Shown: one piece after another, positions 10,006 through 20,965 of the stretch
How positions within the stretch are numbered: the stretch's first letter is position 1
How the letters are laid out: each line of letters opens with the position of its first letter
NCBI GenBank assembly: GCA_963803805.1
Contig: CAWDOD010000004.1
Coordinates: forward strand, 192,001 to 256,000
Source: an uncultured cyanobacterium
GTDB taxonomy: Bacteria; Cyanobacteriota; Cyanobacteriia; Cyanobacteriales; CAWCAG01
Reading direction: 5' to 3'
Length of the DNA stretch: 64,000 nt
The notes under the pieces: model-generated
What the model was told of the DNA's origin: nothing
The model's database searches: none
What the model saw: only the letters and a program-made list of their open reading frames with translations
Translations under genes and position numbers: made by a program

Positions 10006-10692
10006 ATGGAAGCAATTGATACGATACCAGAATTAAAAGAAGTTTGGCAGGGAACCTTAAACTGGCAGCCAGATGATGCCCTGCAAGAGAAATTTCAACA
10101 GTTATACGAACAAATTATTATCGGCAACCGTCAGTTAAATTTAACTCGTATCACCGCCCCCCAAGAGTTTTGGGAAAAGCATCTCTGGGACTCTTTAAGG
10201 GGAGTTGCCCCTTGGTTAGAGGAAAAAGAGTCTGGGCTGGAAGTTATTGATATTGGTACAGGGGCAGGCTTTCCTGGCTTACCTATTGCCCTAACTTTCC
10301 CTCACTGGCAAGTTACTTTACTCGACTCTACCCGGAAAAAGATTACTTTTTTAGACGGTTTGTTGCCGAAGTTAGAGGTTGCTAATGCCACAACTTTGGT
10401 AGGTAGGGCAGAAAATGTAGGTAAAAAAAATCGCCACCATGCTGCCTATGATTTAGCTTTGGTTAGGGCGGTAGGGAAGGCTGCTATTTGCGCCCAATAT
10501 GCTTTACCTTTACTCAAACCAGGGGCTATGGCTATATTGTATCGTGGTCAGTGGACAGAGGAAGATAATCAAGAGTTATGTGTAGCTGTGCAAGAAATGG
10601 GAGGAAAAGTTAAGAATGTGAAGGAGTTTACGACTCCTTTGACAGCAAGTGTTCGTCATTGTATTTATATTGGTAAGTTGTCAGGTAAATAG
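10006..10692 (+). CDS. rsmG: 16S rRNA m7G527 methyltransferase RsmG (GidB)
   Basis: NLTRI, KHLWDSL, DIGTGAGFPG, LLDSTRKK, RAE. Confidence 0.96.
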   Translation: MEAIDTIPELKEVWQGTLNWQPDDALQEKFQQLYEQIIIGNRQLNLTRITAPQEFWEKHLWDSLRGVAPWLEEKESGLEVIDIGTGAGFPGLPIALTFPHWQVTLLDSTRKKITFLDGLLPKLEVANATTLVGRAENVGKKNRHHAAYDLALVRAVGKAAICAQYALPLLKPGAMAILYRGQWTEEDNQELCVAVQEMGGKVKNVKEFTTPLTASVRHCIYIGKLSGK

Positions 10693-10743
10693 AATTTATA
10701 ACTGTTGAACACCAGAGGTATTGTAGCTAAAAATAGACATACT

Positions 10744-10860
10744 ACGCTGTCAGGCATTTAATTTACTTATTAGATTTGATGGGGAGATGGGGAGATAGGG
10801 GGAGGGTTTTACTGCTTATTTCCTAGTTGAGTAATACACAGTTTAAATACACATCAGCTT
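10744..10860. repeat. Dispersed repeat / MITE-like element, copy 1 (uninterrupted)
   Basis: 10776-10861 matches 13328-13362 plus 13519-13569; ends ACGCTGTCAGGCATTTAA and TTAAATACACATCAGCTT form a degenerate inverted repeat. Confidence 0.75.
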
Positions 10861-11088
10861 ACCCCTATGATAGTGTAAATCTACTCAGGTGAATACCAAC
10901 TTTTTAAACCAGTGAACATAACTGATGTTTTCAGACATAAAAGCCTGTAAATAACAAAGCTTATCTAATACTGTCTGGCCAAAATATTGAAAGCGGATTT
11001 TATCTGCATTTGGAATTTTGAATCTTGAATTAACCTTGCTTCCCGCTCCTTGCTATACAATAGAAAACGCTCCGAATAAGCAGCAAAG

Positions 11089-12108
11089 ATGTATCAACTT
11101 TACAGCGCCTTCACTTTATTTTTAAGCTTATTAGTCGAGGCTATGCCTTTCTTACTGCTAGGAGTATTGTTTTCTAGCGGACTACTTTTATTTATTGATG
11201 AGCAGCAGTTAATTTCTCGGTTGCCCAAAAACCCCTTTCTAGGATCTTTGATTGGCAGCTTAATTGGCTTCCTCTTTCCTGTATGCGAATGTGGCAACGT
11301 ACCTGTGGCGAGACGCTTACTAATCCAAGGAACCCCTTCTGCTGTGGCTTGTAGCTTCCTATTAGCGGCTCCTACCATTAATCCTATCGTGATTTGGTCA
11401 ACTTGGGTTGCTTTCCAAGACCAACCGGAACTTGTTTGGTTGAGGGTATTATTTTCTTTGGCTATTGCCACTATTATCGGTTGTGTTTTTGGCTATCAAG
11501 CGGATGTAAAGCCTTTATTGCAACCAGCTTTAGCCAGACACATTTATAGTTTTGATCCCCCAGTTTCTGTTAATACTCCGTCTTTATTAAAATCGGGAAC
11601 TTATTTACTAGGAAATTCTGGTAAAACCCAGGCTTTAACCTCAGAAGCTTACCAACAATTCCGAAAATTCAAAAAAAGCAAACTGTCCTCTCCAAAACTT
11701 TCAAATCAGAAATTAGATTTGTTTCTCAACAATACCATCCAAGAATTGCGAGAATTGGGAGGAATGTTGATAGTTGGTAGTGCGATCGCAGCTTGTATTC
11801 AAGTATTTGTCCCTCGCGAAATCATCTTAAATTTGGGACAAGGTTCTATTAGTTCTATTCTGGCGATGATGTTGTTAGCGGCATTAGTTTCTATTTGTTC
11901 TACAGTGGATGCTTTTTTTGCTCTTTCTTTTGCTACAACCTTTACCAGTGCTTCTCTACTCGCTTTTCTGGTTTTTGGTCCGATGATTGATCTTAAATCT
12001 GTTGGTTTACTTCTATCGGTTTTTAAACCTAAAGTAGTTACTTATTTGTTCATTTTGGCTGCCCAGCTAACCTTTATTCTCTGTTTAGGTTATGCTTATT
12101 TTTTCTAA
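11089..12108 (+). CDS. Permease, DUF318/ArsP_1 (YcgR-like) family
   Basis: EAMPFLLLG, FPVCECG, AAPTINP, SICSTVDAF, FGPMIDLK motifs; multiple TM segments. Confidence 0.9.
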   Translation: MYQLYSAFTLFLSLLVEAMPFLLLGVLFSSGLLLFIDEQQLISRLPKNPFLGSLIGSLIGFLFPVCECGNVPVARRLLIQGTPSAVACSFLLAAPTINPIVIWSTWVAFQDQPELVWLRVLFSLAIATIIGCVFGYQADVKPLLQPALARHIYSFDPPVSVNTPSLLKSGTYLLGNSGKTQALTSEAYQQFRKFKKSKLSSPKLSNQKLDLFLNNTIQELRELGGMLIVGSAIAACIQVFVPREIILNLGQGSISSILAMMLLAALVSICSTVDAFFALSFATTFTSASLLAFLVFGPMIDLKSVGLLLSVFKPKVVTYLFILAAQLTFILCLGYAYFF

Positions 12109-12425
12109 TATCAAATAGAAATGAAGATGCTACAGATAAAGTTTTTTTAGTTGAATTGTGAGTTATGTAGTTTTTTTATAGTTTACCTGTGGGTTACGTA
12201 GTTTTATTGGGGGACTAGCCCCCCAAACCCCCCAGTGGGGAAACAAGTGTTTCCCCACACCCCTTCCTAACCGCTTCGCTCTTCGTTAGTTAGATTTTAT
12301 GGGTAGGTCGGATATTCTCTGGGCGTTGGTGATAGTCCCCTCGGCAAATCTCCCCCATATAATAGACCCCTTGATAGCTTGCCCTAAATTAATTATTATC
12401 TGTAGCAAACGTTTACTTATAGTAT
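12108..12425. mobile_element. Putative MITE-like structured insertion
   Basis: 12-bp inverted repeat TGCTACAGATAA (12128-12139) / TTATCTGTAGCA (12396-12407) flanking GC-rich hairpins. Confidence 0.5.
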
Positions 12426-12557
12426 TTCTAAAAGATTCGTGGACAACCTAATGGGGAAGATATAATCATAGTGAAAAAAGCTTGTTTATATCCCGTATAA
12501 AAACGCTATATTTCATATAAAAACTAGAAACTTACTTATCGAAGCTAACTAAAAGTA

Positions 12558-13331
12558 ATGAAACAAACTACAAAGACTAATCCTTTGCTCTCAAAACTTG
12601 CTTGGTTGGATGTAATTGCTTTTATGCTTTGGGGAATTTTATTACTCAAATATTGGTTGACCGGACAACTAAGATTATTGATTCATCCTAACTATTTTAT
12701 TTTAGTATTATGTTCAGGATTAATCCTTTTAGCTTTAGGAGGATTTAAAGCCAAACAGTTAATAAATACTCGCAACTTAGTACCGAAAGCAGGAGATAAT
12801 CTGCAACATATAACCTTATTCCCCCTGGGTTGGAGTACAGGTTTATTATTAGTCGTAGCCTTAATCGCTTTGGTAATTCCCCCTGGAATATTAGGTAGCC
12901 AAACAGCCTTGAGTCGAGGGGTTACAGACTCTTTACCTGCTACTAAAATTGAAGCTCAATCTTTTCGGGCAACCGTTAAACCAGAGGAGCGAACTATCAT
13001 CGATTGGGTAAGAACTATTAATACTTATCCTGAACCAGATTATTATGTAGATCAAAAAGTTAACTTGGTAGGATTTGTGGTACGTGATAATCAACTTGGG
13101 GATGATTATTTGTTAATTTCCCGTTTCGTTCTAACTTGTTGTGCTGTAGACGCTTATCCTGTTAGTTTGCCAGTTAAGTTAACATCTTCGGGCAAAAAAT
13201 ATCCTGCGGATACTTGGTTAAGGGTGAAAGGAAAAATGACGGCTGGAGAATTAGGAGAAAAACGCCAGGTAATTGTTGAACCTACTTCTTTAATTAAAGT
13301 TCCTACTCCTAAAGATCCCTATGCTTATTGA
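12558..13331 (+). CDS. TIGR03943/DUF1980 (YcgQ-like) putative permease subunit
   Basis: LLIHP in the TM region; GFV...SRFVLTCCAVDA...WLRVKG; follows the DUF318 permease. Confidence 0.88.
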   Translation: MKQTTKTNPLLSKLAWLDVIAFMLWGILLLKYWLTGQLRLLIHPNYFILVLCSGLILLALGGFKAKQLINTRNLVPKAGDNLQHITLFPLGWSTGLLLVVALIALVIPPGILGSQTALSRGVTDSLPATKIEAQSFRATVKPEERTIIDWVRTINTYPEPDYYVDQKVNLVGFVVRDNQLGDDYLLISRFVLTCCAVDAYPVSLPVKLTSSGKKYPADTWLRVKGKMTAGELGEKRQVIVEPTSLIKVPTPKDPYAY

Positions 13332-13569
13332 TGGGGAGATGGGGAGATAGGGGGAGGGTTTTGGGAGCATCTCAAATTGGTAAATATAGGCTCTGGCCGT
13401 TGACTTGATGAACAAAAAGTTCAAAGAAGCAGCAATAAATGTATTCTTAAAGCTAAGAGCTAATAGCTAACCTCACAGATCAACTGTTGCTGCAAAATTG
13501 AGATGCTCCCAGGGTTTTACGGCTTATTTCCTAGTTGAGTAATGCACAGCTTAAATGCACATCAGCTTA
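13328..13569. repeat. Dispersed repeat copy 2, interrupted by a MITE
   Basis: Near-identical to 10776-10861 once 13363-13518 is removed. Confidence 0.85.
13363..13510. mobile_element. 148-bp MITE with 13-bp perfect TIR and 8-bp target-site duplication
   Basis: GGGAGCATCTCAA...TTGAGATGCTCCC flanked by AGGGTTTT at 13355-13362 and 13511-13518. Confidence 0.92.
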
Positions 13570-13587
13570 AGAAAATACTATTAGCAA

Positions 13588-13947
13588 TTAGCTGTTAACC
13601 AAATAACTTAACAACCAATTAGCCATAGTTGCCCTGCGCGTTTGTCTAGGCCCAAATTCACCGATTTTGTAACCTTTAAAACCCAACTTTTCTTTAAGTA
13701 ATTGTTTATTTTCTTTAGGTATAGAACGGGTAAGTTGAACTGTGGGAGGGCGGTTAGCGATGAAATCTGGTGGTTCGGGATATTTTTGGCCCCATTCGGT
13801 TGCTACTTCTTTGAGATCCCAGGTTTGAGTTGTTTCATCATAACGATAGCCTAAATAATGCCAAACTAAACGGTTAGCAACATCATCAGAAATTTCTTCA
13901 TTAAGAATTGCCCAAATAGTTTCTTCATTTAAAGGAGGTAAGATCAT
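13588..13947 (-). CDS. DUF1823 family protein
   Basis: VWHYLGYRY...YPEPPDFI..RPPTVQLTRSIP.ENKQLLKEKLGFKGY...TRRATMANWLL. Confidence 0.85.
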   Translation of the reverse strand: MILPPLNEETIWAILNEEISDDVANRLVWHYLGYRYDETTQTWDLKEVATEWGQKYPEPPDFIANRPPTVQLTRSIPKENKQLLKEKLGFKGYKIGEFGPRQTRRATMANWLLSYLVNS

Positions 13948-14013
13948 TTATCATTTACTATGCAATATTTATTCTAAAATTCTATAATTAATCACTTACA
14001 AATTAATATTTAC

Positions 14014-14871
14014 ATGGTGGTGTTAGTCAGGGATGTAACTACTTGCTCTACTTCTAGAGTACGCGAATTAGACCAGCAAATTATTGCTAAAATCAATAGT
14101 ATCAGCAAAGACGCTTTAGTTAGCTTTGCTCATCTTAATATCTCTTTGGGGGCTGCTGTTTGGCCCTATGTGCAACCGCCGGGTTTACAAGCATTGGAAA
14201 AAGCCCTGAAAGAAAGAGGTACGAAGATGTTTATCAACTCTGCTTATCGTACTATTGCTCAGCAACTTATTCTTTATCAACATTACCGTTCCGGGGGGCG
14301 TTGCGGTATCCGTTTAGCAGCAACTCCTGGAGGTAGTAACCATCAAAGCGGTTTAGCTATTGATATTGAGGATGCTTATGGTTGGCGATCTTATTTAGAA
14401 AAATATGGTTGGCAATGGCTAGGGGCAAAAGATCCTGTACACTTCGACTATCAAGGCAAGGAGACAAAAGATATTCGTAGTACTGCTGTGTTGGCTTTTC
14501 AAAAGCTTTGGAACGAAAACAATAGCGCTAAACTCGATGAAGATGGTGTTTATGGTTCTCAAACTGCTTTGAGGTTAAGTCAAGCCCCCATTACAGGTTT
14601 TACCCAAGGGGAGAAAGTAGAAGATGTTGTACCAGAAATGGGAGAGTTACCACCACCAAGAGTTTTATATTTAACTCAACCGATACAAGAAGGGAAAGAT
14701 GTTCAAGCAGTGCAAGAAGCTTTAAAAAAATTGGGTATTACAGTGGAAGTTGATGGCTTTTTTGGGCCTTTGACAGAAAAAGCAGTCAAAGAGTTTCAGG
14801 AGAGTAAAGGCTTGGTTATAGATGGTGTTGTTGGCCCAGGTACTTTTGGGAAATTGATGATTGATAATTGA
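14014..14871 (+). CDS. M15-family (VanY-like) peptidase with peptidoglycan-binding domains
   Basis: SAYRT, SNHQSGLAIDI, DPVHF zinc motifs; DGxxGxxT PG_binding_1 repeats. Confidence 0.88.
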   Translation: MVVLVRDVTTCSTSRVRELDQQIIAKINSISKDALVSFAHLNISLGAAVWPYVQPPGLQALEKALKERGTKMFINSAYRTIAQQLILYQHYRSGGRCGIRLAATPGGSNHQSGLAIDIEDAYGWRSYLEKYGWQWLGAKDPVHFDYQGKETKDIRSTAVLAFQKLWNENNSAKLDEDGVYGSQTALRLSQAPITGFTQGEKVEDVVPEMGELPPPRVLYLTQPIQEGKDVQAVQEALKKLGITVEVDGFFGPLTEKAVKEFQESKGLVIDGVVGPGTFGKLMIDN

Positions 14872-14886
14872 TAATCTTAAATGTTA

Positions 14887-14941
14887 AGGGCGGGTTTATT
14901 TAGATTTGAGGTCATACATAGATTTAGCAAAACCCGCCCCT
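14887..14941. repeat. REP-like inverted repeat between convergent genes
   Basis: GGGCGGGTTT...AAACCCGCCC; the same arms recur at 50566-50622. Confidence 0.75.
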
Positions 14942-17341
14942 AAGTGCCGTCACTAAGCAACTCTTGCCAGTCTTCAATTGCTTCAGGGGGCCAAAGCCAA
15001 TTTTGACTAAGGGCTTCAGGAGTAAAACTTTTGGGTTCTCTGGTTATAACCATTTTCCTCAGTTTAATTGCTTTATCAGCAAGAAATTCTGGGGAATCCT
15101 CTGATGATTTTGTTTCAGCCAGTTTGTTCAACCCTAATGCTAAACCAGCGTAGGTATCAAGTAACTCTTCTGAGTCGCTATCAAGAGTCCCTGTTCCTTC
15201 GGCTAACTCTAAAGCATCATACCAAGCTTGATTAGCCTCATTGTATTTACCTTCTGCGTAGTAAGCAAAACCTAAAGCGTTGTGATAAGAAATAACCTTA
15301 GTTGCTTTTTCCGGTACTTCTAGATTTTCTTGTTCCTTAATTGCTAATTCCCAAAATCGCCTAGCATCATCAACAGAGAATTTCTCATCCCCTGCTAAAG
15401 CTGCTTGCCAAGCTAGTCTACCTTTGAGAAAGAGAATGCTAGGCTCATTGATTTGTTCAGTAGGAACAGCTTCTAAAGCAGATTTGGCATATTCTAAAGC
15501 CCCTCGGTCAAGTAATGTTTCTACAGCAGGGATAGCTTTTTGCAAATCCTTTTGACTAAATTCTTCGATCGCTAAACCTGTTAGGACATTGTTATCGGCT
15601 TTAGCGAGATCATTGGGGTTATCTAAGGTCGTTTCTACTTTATCAGGGGAGAGAGGAGAAGATTTAATAAAAGGTAGACGTTCAGAAAATAGCCAAAAAC
15701 CTAAAGCAGCGATCGCAATGGCACTAACTGCACCTAAAAGTAAAGGAGATAGTCCTTGAATCCAATGTTCCCTTCTTTTATGAGGAGGTTTTGCTTCTTG
15801 TTCAACAGCCGATGAAGAATTATCTGGGGAGTGTTTCGCTAGAGGTTGTCCTTCTTCTTTCGCACCCCGATTAGGTGCTAGCTGATTGAACATATCTTCA
15901 ATCAAAGCGCGGTCTTCGTCAACATTATCCCCCTCCTCTGCTTCTAACCAATCTGCTTTAGTCAACTCTCCATCACCATTTAGTTTGCTGTGGGGATAGC
16001 TATCTAATTGTTCTTCTTGGAGAAAATCACGGGTTTGGGAGGAAAAAAGTAATGCCTCTTCTTCTTCTTGGGTTAAAACACTATCCCTTCCTTGGGTTAA
16101 GTTAACTAACTTAGAGGAATGCGGCTTCTGTGCTTCTACTTTAGCGATGATACCAGCAAATTCAGGGTCGAGATAGAGTACAGGTAAAGCCCAATAGAGT
16201 TGATTGGAACCGTAGGTAGCGATTAAGCCTTGTCTAGCGCGGCTGAGGCTTAAATCAATGGGATAGCCTTGAGAGATGTTGCGATAGAGGAGTCTGGTTA
16301 AGTTGAGGGCTACTTCATCGGGAATCCTTTCTGCCATTGCTAAAACCGCAGGAATACCACGCTTAATAGCAGCATCAGCAAGATTACTTCTTGGACTTTT
16401 GTCCCCAATACTTTCCCATTCAGTTTTTGCACCACTACAGGAGTTAAAAACAGCTAGCTGAACTTTGTTGTTAACTAGTAATCCGGCTAAGTCTTCCCCA
16501 GAAAATACTTCTGTTAAACCAGTTTTACGACTCACCAAATAAAGTCCACCACCAGAGTCCCCTAAATCACTGTGACCAGCATAGTGGAAAATTTGGTATT
16601 TTCCTTGTTCCAAAGCTTGGGTTAATTCTTCTCTTCCTGGCTGTTCGAGTAATGTCACTTCTACCGCCGGCAAGTCCTGGGAAGCATGGCGTTGGAGTTC
16701 TTCAGTAAGTTGAATGGCTTCTTGTTTCAACTCCAAACTTTCTTGATCATTTGACCAGCGATCGCCATTAAAATTTTCAGGGGTTGATCTTTTGCCAAAG
16801 GAGATAAGTCGTTAAGATTTTTGGCAAAAGTATTAGGTTTGTAGCGAGAAAAAGCAATATCAACTCCCGTAGCCAGGGGACGATCTTCAGCGTGGAGTAC
16901 CTCCCAAGGCAAACTCCGAGTCTTAGCATCTTTCAAACCTAAGCGTAGGCGCAAACAAGAACGATGGTTATCAGCGATTCCTTGGGCAATCATCCAGCTA
17001 TTAAGCAAACTGCCTTGAAACAAGGCATCATAAAGCTGTTGTCCTAAGGAAACTAAATTGCGACGAGATTGTTGGGCCTGATCTTTTTCTAGTTCACCGT
17101 CTTCTAAAACAGAAAAAAGCTCTTCAGGAAATTCATCTCCAAAAAGACTTTGCCCTTGGAGTAAACGCAAGATTGGATCATCCATCAATTCCTTCCCTTG
17201 CTCTAACCAATTATCCACCAACCAGTGAACTTTTTCTTCCGCAGGGGGAACTCCGGGCGCAACTTTCTCTGTGCGCACTAAATATTCATCTTCTCCTAAA
17301 GGAGTTACAGAGATAACAAATTCCTGGCACATCAAGGTCAA
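14940..17341 (-). CDS. hetF: HetF-family CHAT protease, split by a 1-nt frameshift near 16753
   Basis: N-terminus QEFVISVTPLGEDEYLVRTEKVAPGVP, LPWEVL, catalytic HYAGH and FNSC, TM segment and TPR tail; adding one base rejoins the ORFs as AIAGPNDQESLELKQEA. Confidence 0.85.
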
Positions 17342-17531
17342 TCTTGCTCAAACGTAACCGATACTAATTACTATTCCTGATATCGAAAAGGAATTTTGTA
17401 TCGAGTAATCCTGGAATTGACTTAATAAAAAGGAAATATTTGGTTTATTCAACCTATTTTCCTTATTACTTTGTCTTTAATCATACAGATTAATTTCTTG
17501 GTTTAAAAGTTTCTTTTCAATGATCAATGAT

Positions 17532-17554
17532 GTCTACGACAAGGGCAAGCCCTA
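17532..17554 (+). repeat. SDR5-like double-hairpin element, copy 1
   Basis: GAT^GTCTACGACAAGGGCAAGCCCTA^C within a CAATGAT-type array. Confidence 0.75.
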
Positions 17555-17633
17555 CCGTTATCAATGTAAGGGCGAACCGTTTTCCAAGTATATTTAACAA
17601 ACCAGGGTATAAATTGGATCGCCTATTGATCAT

Positions 17634-17858
17634 TTAATCGCTTATCTCAAAAGATTCAATTTCTAAAACTGGCCCAATCATTGCTGCACTCATCATATCT
17701 TCGCGTACTTTACCTTTGACTTTTACTTGAATCTGGGGTTTGCGTAATTCGTCTGGGGTATCCTTAAGTTCGTAAGTTTGCCCTTCCTCTGTTATTAAAG
17801 CCCAAGTGCCAAAGCCAAAACCTTTTTGTTCAATTTTACCGACAACATTAATACTCAT
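17634..17858 (-). CDS. Small hypothetical protein (74 aa, beta-rich)
   Basis: Plausible ORF with GTWAL...YEL...V.GKVREDMMSAAMIGPVLEI pattern. Confidence 0.7.
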   Translation of the reverse strand: MSINVVGKIEQKGFGFGTWALITEEGQTYELKDTPDELRKPQIQVKVKGKVREDMMSAAMIGPVLEIESFEISD

Positions 17859-17973
17859 GTTTTATCATTTATCATTAAACATTGATTATTGATACCAAAT
17901 CAGAGTTTGGGTTCCATAGAGCGTTTTTTAGGCTAGGGATCAAGGGAAAAAGTAATAAGCAATAATAATACTA

Positions 17974-17999
17974 TTACCTATTACCCATTACCCATTACT
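17974..17999. repeat. STRR heptamer array (TTACCYA)n
   Basis: ttaccta ttaccca ttaccca ttac. Confidence 0.7.
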
Positions 18000-18001
18000 T
18001 G

Positions 18002-19774
18002 TCAAGCAACCTGCTTTTCCCCTTTAGTTGCAAAATAAGCTAAAACCAAGCACAGAAAGGCATTAACTCCTAAGAAACCACTGGCCATTAATCCTGTACC
18101 TAAACCCCAAATCTCCGGATCTATCACCGCATTAACTAGTAAGCAAGAAGCTACACCAATGGTAGAACCAACAGCAAACCATTTCCACTCAGAAGTGCTT
18201 AATAATAAGGCAACTAAGAGGAAAGGAATTAAAACACTAGCAAAGAGGGGATTTAAGCTTGTGCTGCCGGTAATCGCATTACCTAGTTCAGGAATAGAAC
18301 TACCTGCTACTCTTAAAGGCCATTGTGGCAAGTCGTAAATATACAAACCCCGTAGGAAAAATAGTCCTGAACTACCGAAAATCATGCCTCCGGTGAAGAA
18401 AAGGTTGCCGAAAGGCAAATAATTACGTAGTAGGAAAGCTAAAAGATAGGAACCTAAAACCATAATTAATTTTGGTGGCAGGGCGACAACACCACCATCA
18501 AACCAGAAGCGGAGGTTAAGATAACCGTTATCCCGTAGCCAACGGAAGAAGTCTTTAAAGGTAATTTGTCCTTTCAGTGCCAGTTTAACTGCTGCTGCGG
18601 CATCTAATTGTCCTGCACCAAAATGATTTAAGGGGTCTTCTTCTACTTTCCTGACAGACTCTAACAGCACTTGGCGTACCTGTTCGGGTTCTTTGATACC
18701 AGAAGCTTTAACTAATGCTGCTACTCCTGCAACATGAGGTGCAGCCATGCTTGTACCTTGGAAGCCTGCAAATACAGCCTGTCCATCAGTAGGATTAACT
18801 GTTTCTTGGATAATTTTACCTTTATCACTGCCCCCAGGAGCGGAAATATCAACCCCTGCACCGTAGTTAGAATAGGGGGCTTTCACCCCCACAGAATCAA
18901 CGGCAGAGACGCTAATTACTTTGGGATAACGGGCGGGATAGGAAGAAGCATTTTGACCAGCGTTACCGGCAGCAGCGACGATTACAACATCTTTGCTATA
19001 GGCATAATCAATGGCTTCTTCTAAGACATGACTCGCACCGCCACCACCCAAACTCATATTAATGACATCTGCATCGTTATCAGCAGCGAAACGAATAGCT
19101 TCTGCGATATCAGCAATAGTACCACCACCTTGTGCCGCTAGTACTTTCAAGGGCATAATACTAGCTTCATAGGCAATGCCCACAACACCATAATTATTAT
19201 TAGTAGATTGGGCGATAGTTCCGGCAACATGGGTTCCATGACCATTATCATCCTTCGCATCTACTTTGTCATTGACAAAATCATAACCAGCCACAAACTT
19301 AGTTTGCTCTAAATCCTCAACCTGGCTGACTCCTGTATCAATAATCGCGACAGTAATGCCAGCCCCTTTGGTTTCTTCCCAAGCTTGTTCGACGTTGATG
19401 CTACGCATATTCCACTGTTCCCCGTATTTCGGGTCATTAGGGGCAGCGAAGGCATTGATGCCATAAATATAGTTAGGTTCAATATATTCTGTATCTTTAC
19501 TTAACTCAGACTTTTTCAAGGCTTTGAGAACCTTTTTGTCTCCTTCGATAACATAGAGATTATCGGCAACAGAAAATTCACTATTAAGCCTGGGGGAAAC
19601 TTGATATTGTTGAGCAATTTTCTCTAATTCCCCTTCAATTTCCGTTTGAGAAATATCCTCACGAAAATCTAAGACAATGGAATCATAGTTCCCTTTAGCG
19701 GCTAAACCTTTAAAGTTAAATAGAGCAAATCCTAGCCCTATGACAAATAGACTAATTAATAAAAGCTTTCTCAT
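18002..19774 (-). CDS. S8 subtilisin-like serine peptidase with C-terminal multi-TM domain
   Basis: Triad motifs IDTG, HGTHVAG, GTSMAAPHVAG; hydrophobic C-terminal region of about 170 aa. Confidence 0.93.
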   Translation of the reverse strand: MRKLLLISLFVIGLGFALFNFKGLAAKGNYDSIVLDFREDISQTEIEGELEKIAQQYQVSPRLNSEFSVADNLYVIEGDKKVLKALKKSELSKDTEYIEPNYIYGINAFAAPNDPKYGEQWNMRSINVEQAWEETKGAGITVAIIDTGVSQVEDLEQTKFVAGYDFVNDKVDAKDDNGHGTHVAGTIAQSTNNNYGVVGIAYEASIMPLKVLAAQGGGTIADIAEAIRFAADNDADVINMSLGGGGASHVLEEAIDYAYSKDVVIVAAAGNAGQNASSYPARYPKVISVSAVDSVGVKAPYSNYGAGVDISAPGGSDKGKIIQETVNPTDGQAVFAGFQGTSMAAPHVAGVAALVKASGIKEPEQVRQVLLESVRKVEEDPLNHFGAGQLDAAAAVKLALKGQITFKDFFRWLRDNGYLNLRFWFDGGVVALPPKLIMVLGSYLLAFLLRNYLPFGNLFFTGGMIFGSSGLFFLRGLYIYDLPQWPLRVAGSSIPELGNAITGSTSLNPLFASVLIPFLLVALLLSTSEWKWFAVGSTIGVASCLLVNAVIDPEIWGLGTGLMASGFLGVNAFLCLVLAYFATKGEKQVA

Positions 19775-19933
19775 TACAACTTTTCCCACGGAAAGCGCCA
19801 GTTATGCTTACTACGATAACTCATGGTTAAAAGAGTTGCTTAATATTCAAAAATTAAAACTTTATCAGTGAGGCTAACATCTGTTTGAGGAAGTTGAGAA
19901 ACCCACTCACTAGAAATCTTAGATTAGACCTAG

Positions 19934-20935
19934 TTAAAACTGCTTTAAAAAGCGCAAATCGCTACTATATAAACGGCGAATATCATCAATTTGGTGTAGT
20001 ACTAAAGCAAACCTTTCCGCCCCAAAACCTGCTGCAAAGCCTGTATATACTTCTGGATCGTAACCCACTGCTTTCAGGACATTGGGGTCAACCATACCGC
20101 AACCCATCACCTCTAACCACTTACCCCGCCACTTAATATCAACCTCGGCCGAAGGTTCAGTGAAAGGGAAATAGCTGGCACGGAAAATAACTTCTAGGTT
20201 GGAACCAAACATTTGTTTTAAAAATTCTTTAATTGTCCCCTTTAAATCAGTAAAGGTTAGCCCCTTATCAATGGCTAACAATTCTATTTGGTGAAACACC
20301 GCAGAATGGGTGGAATCCACTGTATCTCGACGATAAACCCTCCCAGGGGCAATAATACGGATAGGGGGTTCGTGGGTTTCCATATAGCGAATTTGTACAG
20401 AAGAAGTATGGGTGCGCAGAAGATTACCATCGGGGAGATAGAAAGTATCCTGCATATCCCTAGCTGGGTGATCTAGAGGAGTATTGAGGGCTTCAAAGTT
20501 GTAGTAATCTGTTTCCATTTCTGGCCCTTCAGAAACGGTGTAACCTAAACCAACGAAAACATCCACTGCCTTTTCAATAGTGGCAGTGAGGGGATGGGTT
20601 TTACCTAAAGGGCGACTAACCCCAGGCATGGTGACATCAATAGTTTCTGACTTTAATTGGGCCGCGATTTGAGCAGATTCTAAACCATCGCGACAACTTG
20701 CCAAACTTCCTTGTAAGGCTTCTTTTACTTCATTTGCTAAAGCACCAATAACAGGTCTTTCCTGGGGTGATAATTTACCCATACCCCGCAAAATCTGCGA
20801 TAATTGCCCTTTTTTTCCTAAATAGTTAACCCGCAACTGTTCCAATTGTTTCAGGGTTTCTGATGCGGCGATCGCCGTTGTTGCTTCTTGTTGTAGTGCG
20901 TGTAGTTTCGTAGAAAGTTCTTCGGAGGAGGTCAT
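19934..20935 (-). CDS. pheS: Phenylalanine-tRNA ligase alpha subunit
   Basis: [40 protein letters not shown]. Confidence 0.98.
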   Translation of the reverse strand: MTSSEELSTKLHALQQEATTAIAASETLKQLEQLRVNYLGKKGQLSQILRGMGKLSPQERPVIGALANEVKEALQGSLASCRDGLESAQIAAQLKSETIDVTMPGVSRPLGKTHPLTATIEKAVDVFVGLGYTVSEGPEMETDYYNFEALNTPLDHPARDMQDTFYLPDGNLLRTHTSSVQIRYMETHEPPIRIIAPGRVYRRDTVDSTHSAVFHQIELLAIDKGLTFTDLKGTIKEFLKQMFGSNLEVIFRASYFPFTEPSAEVDIKWRGKWLEVMGCGMVDPNVLKAVGYDPEVYTGFAAGFGAERFALVLHQIDDIRRLYSSDLRFLKQF

Positions 20936-20965
20936 ATCAGTTATCAGTTATCAGTTATCAATGAT

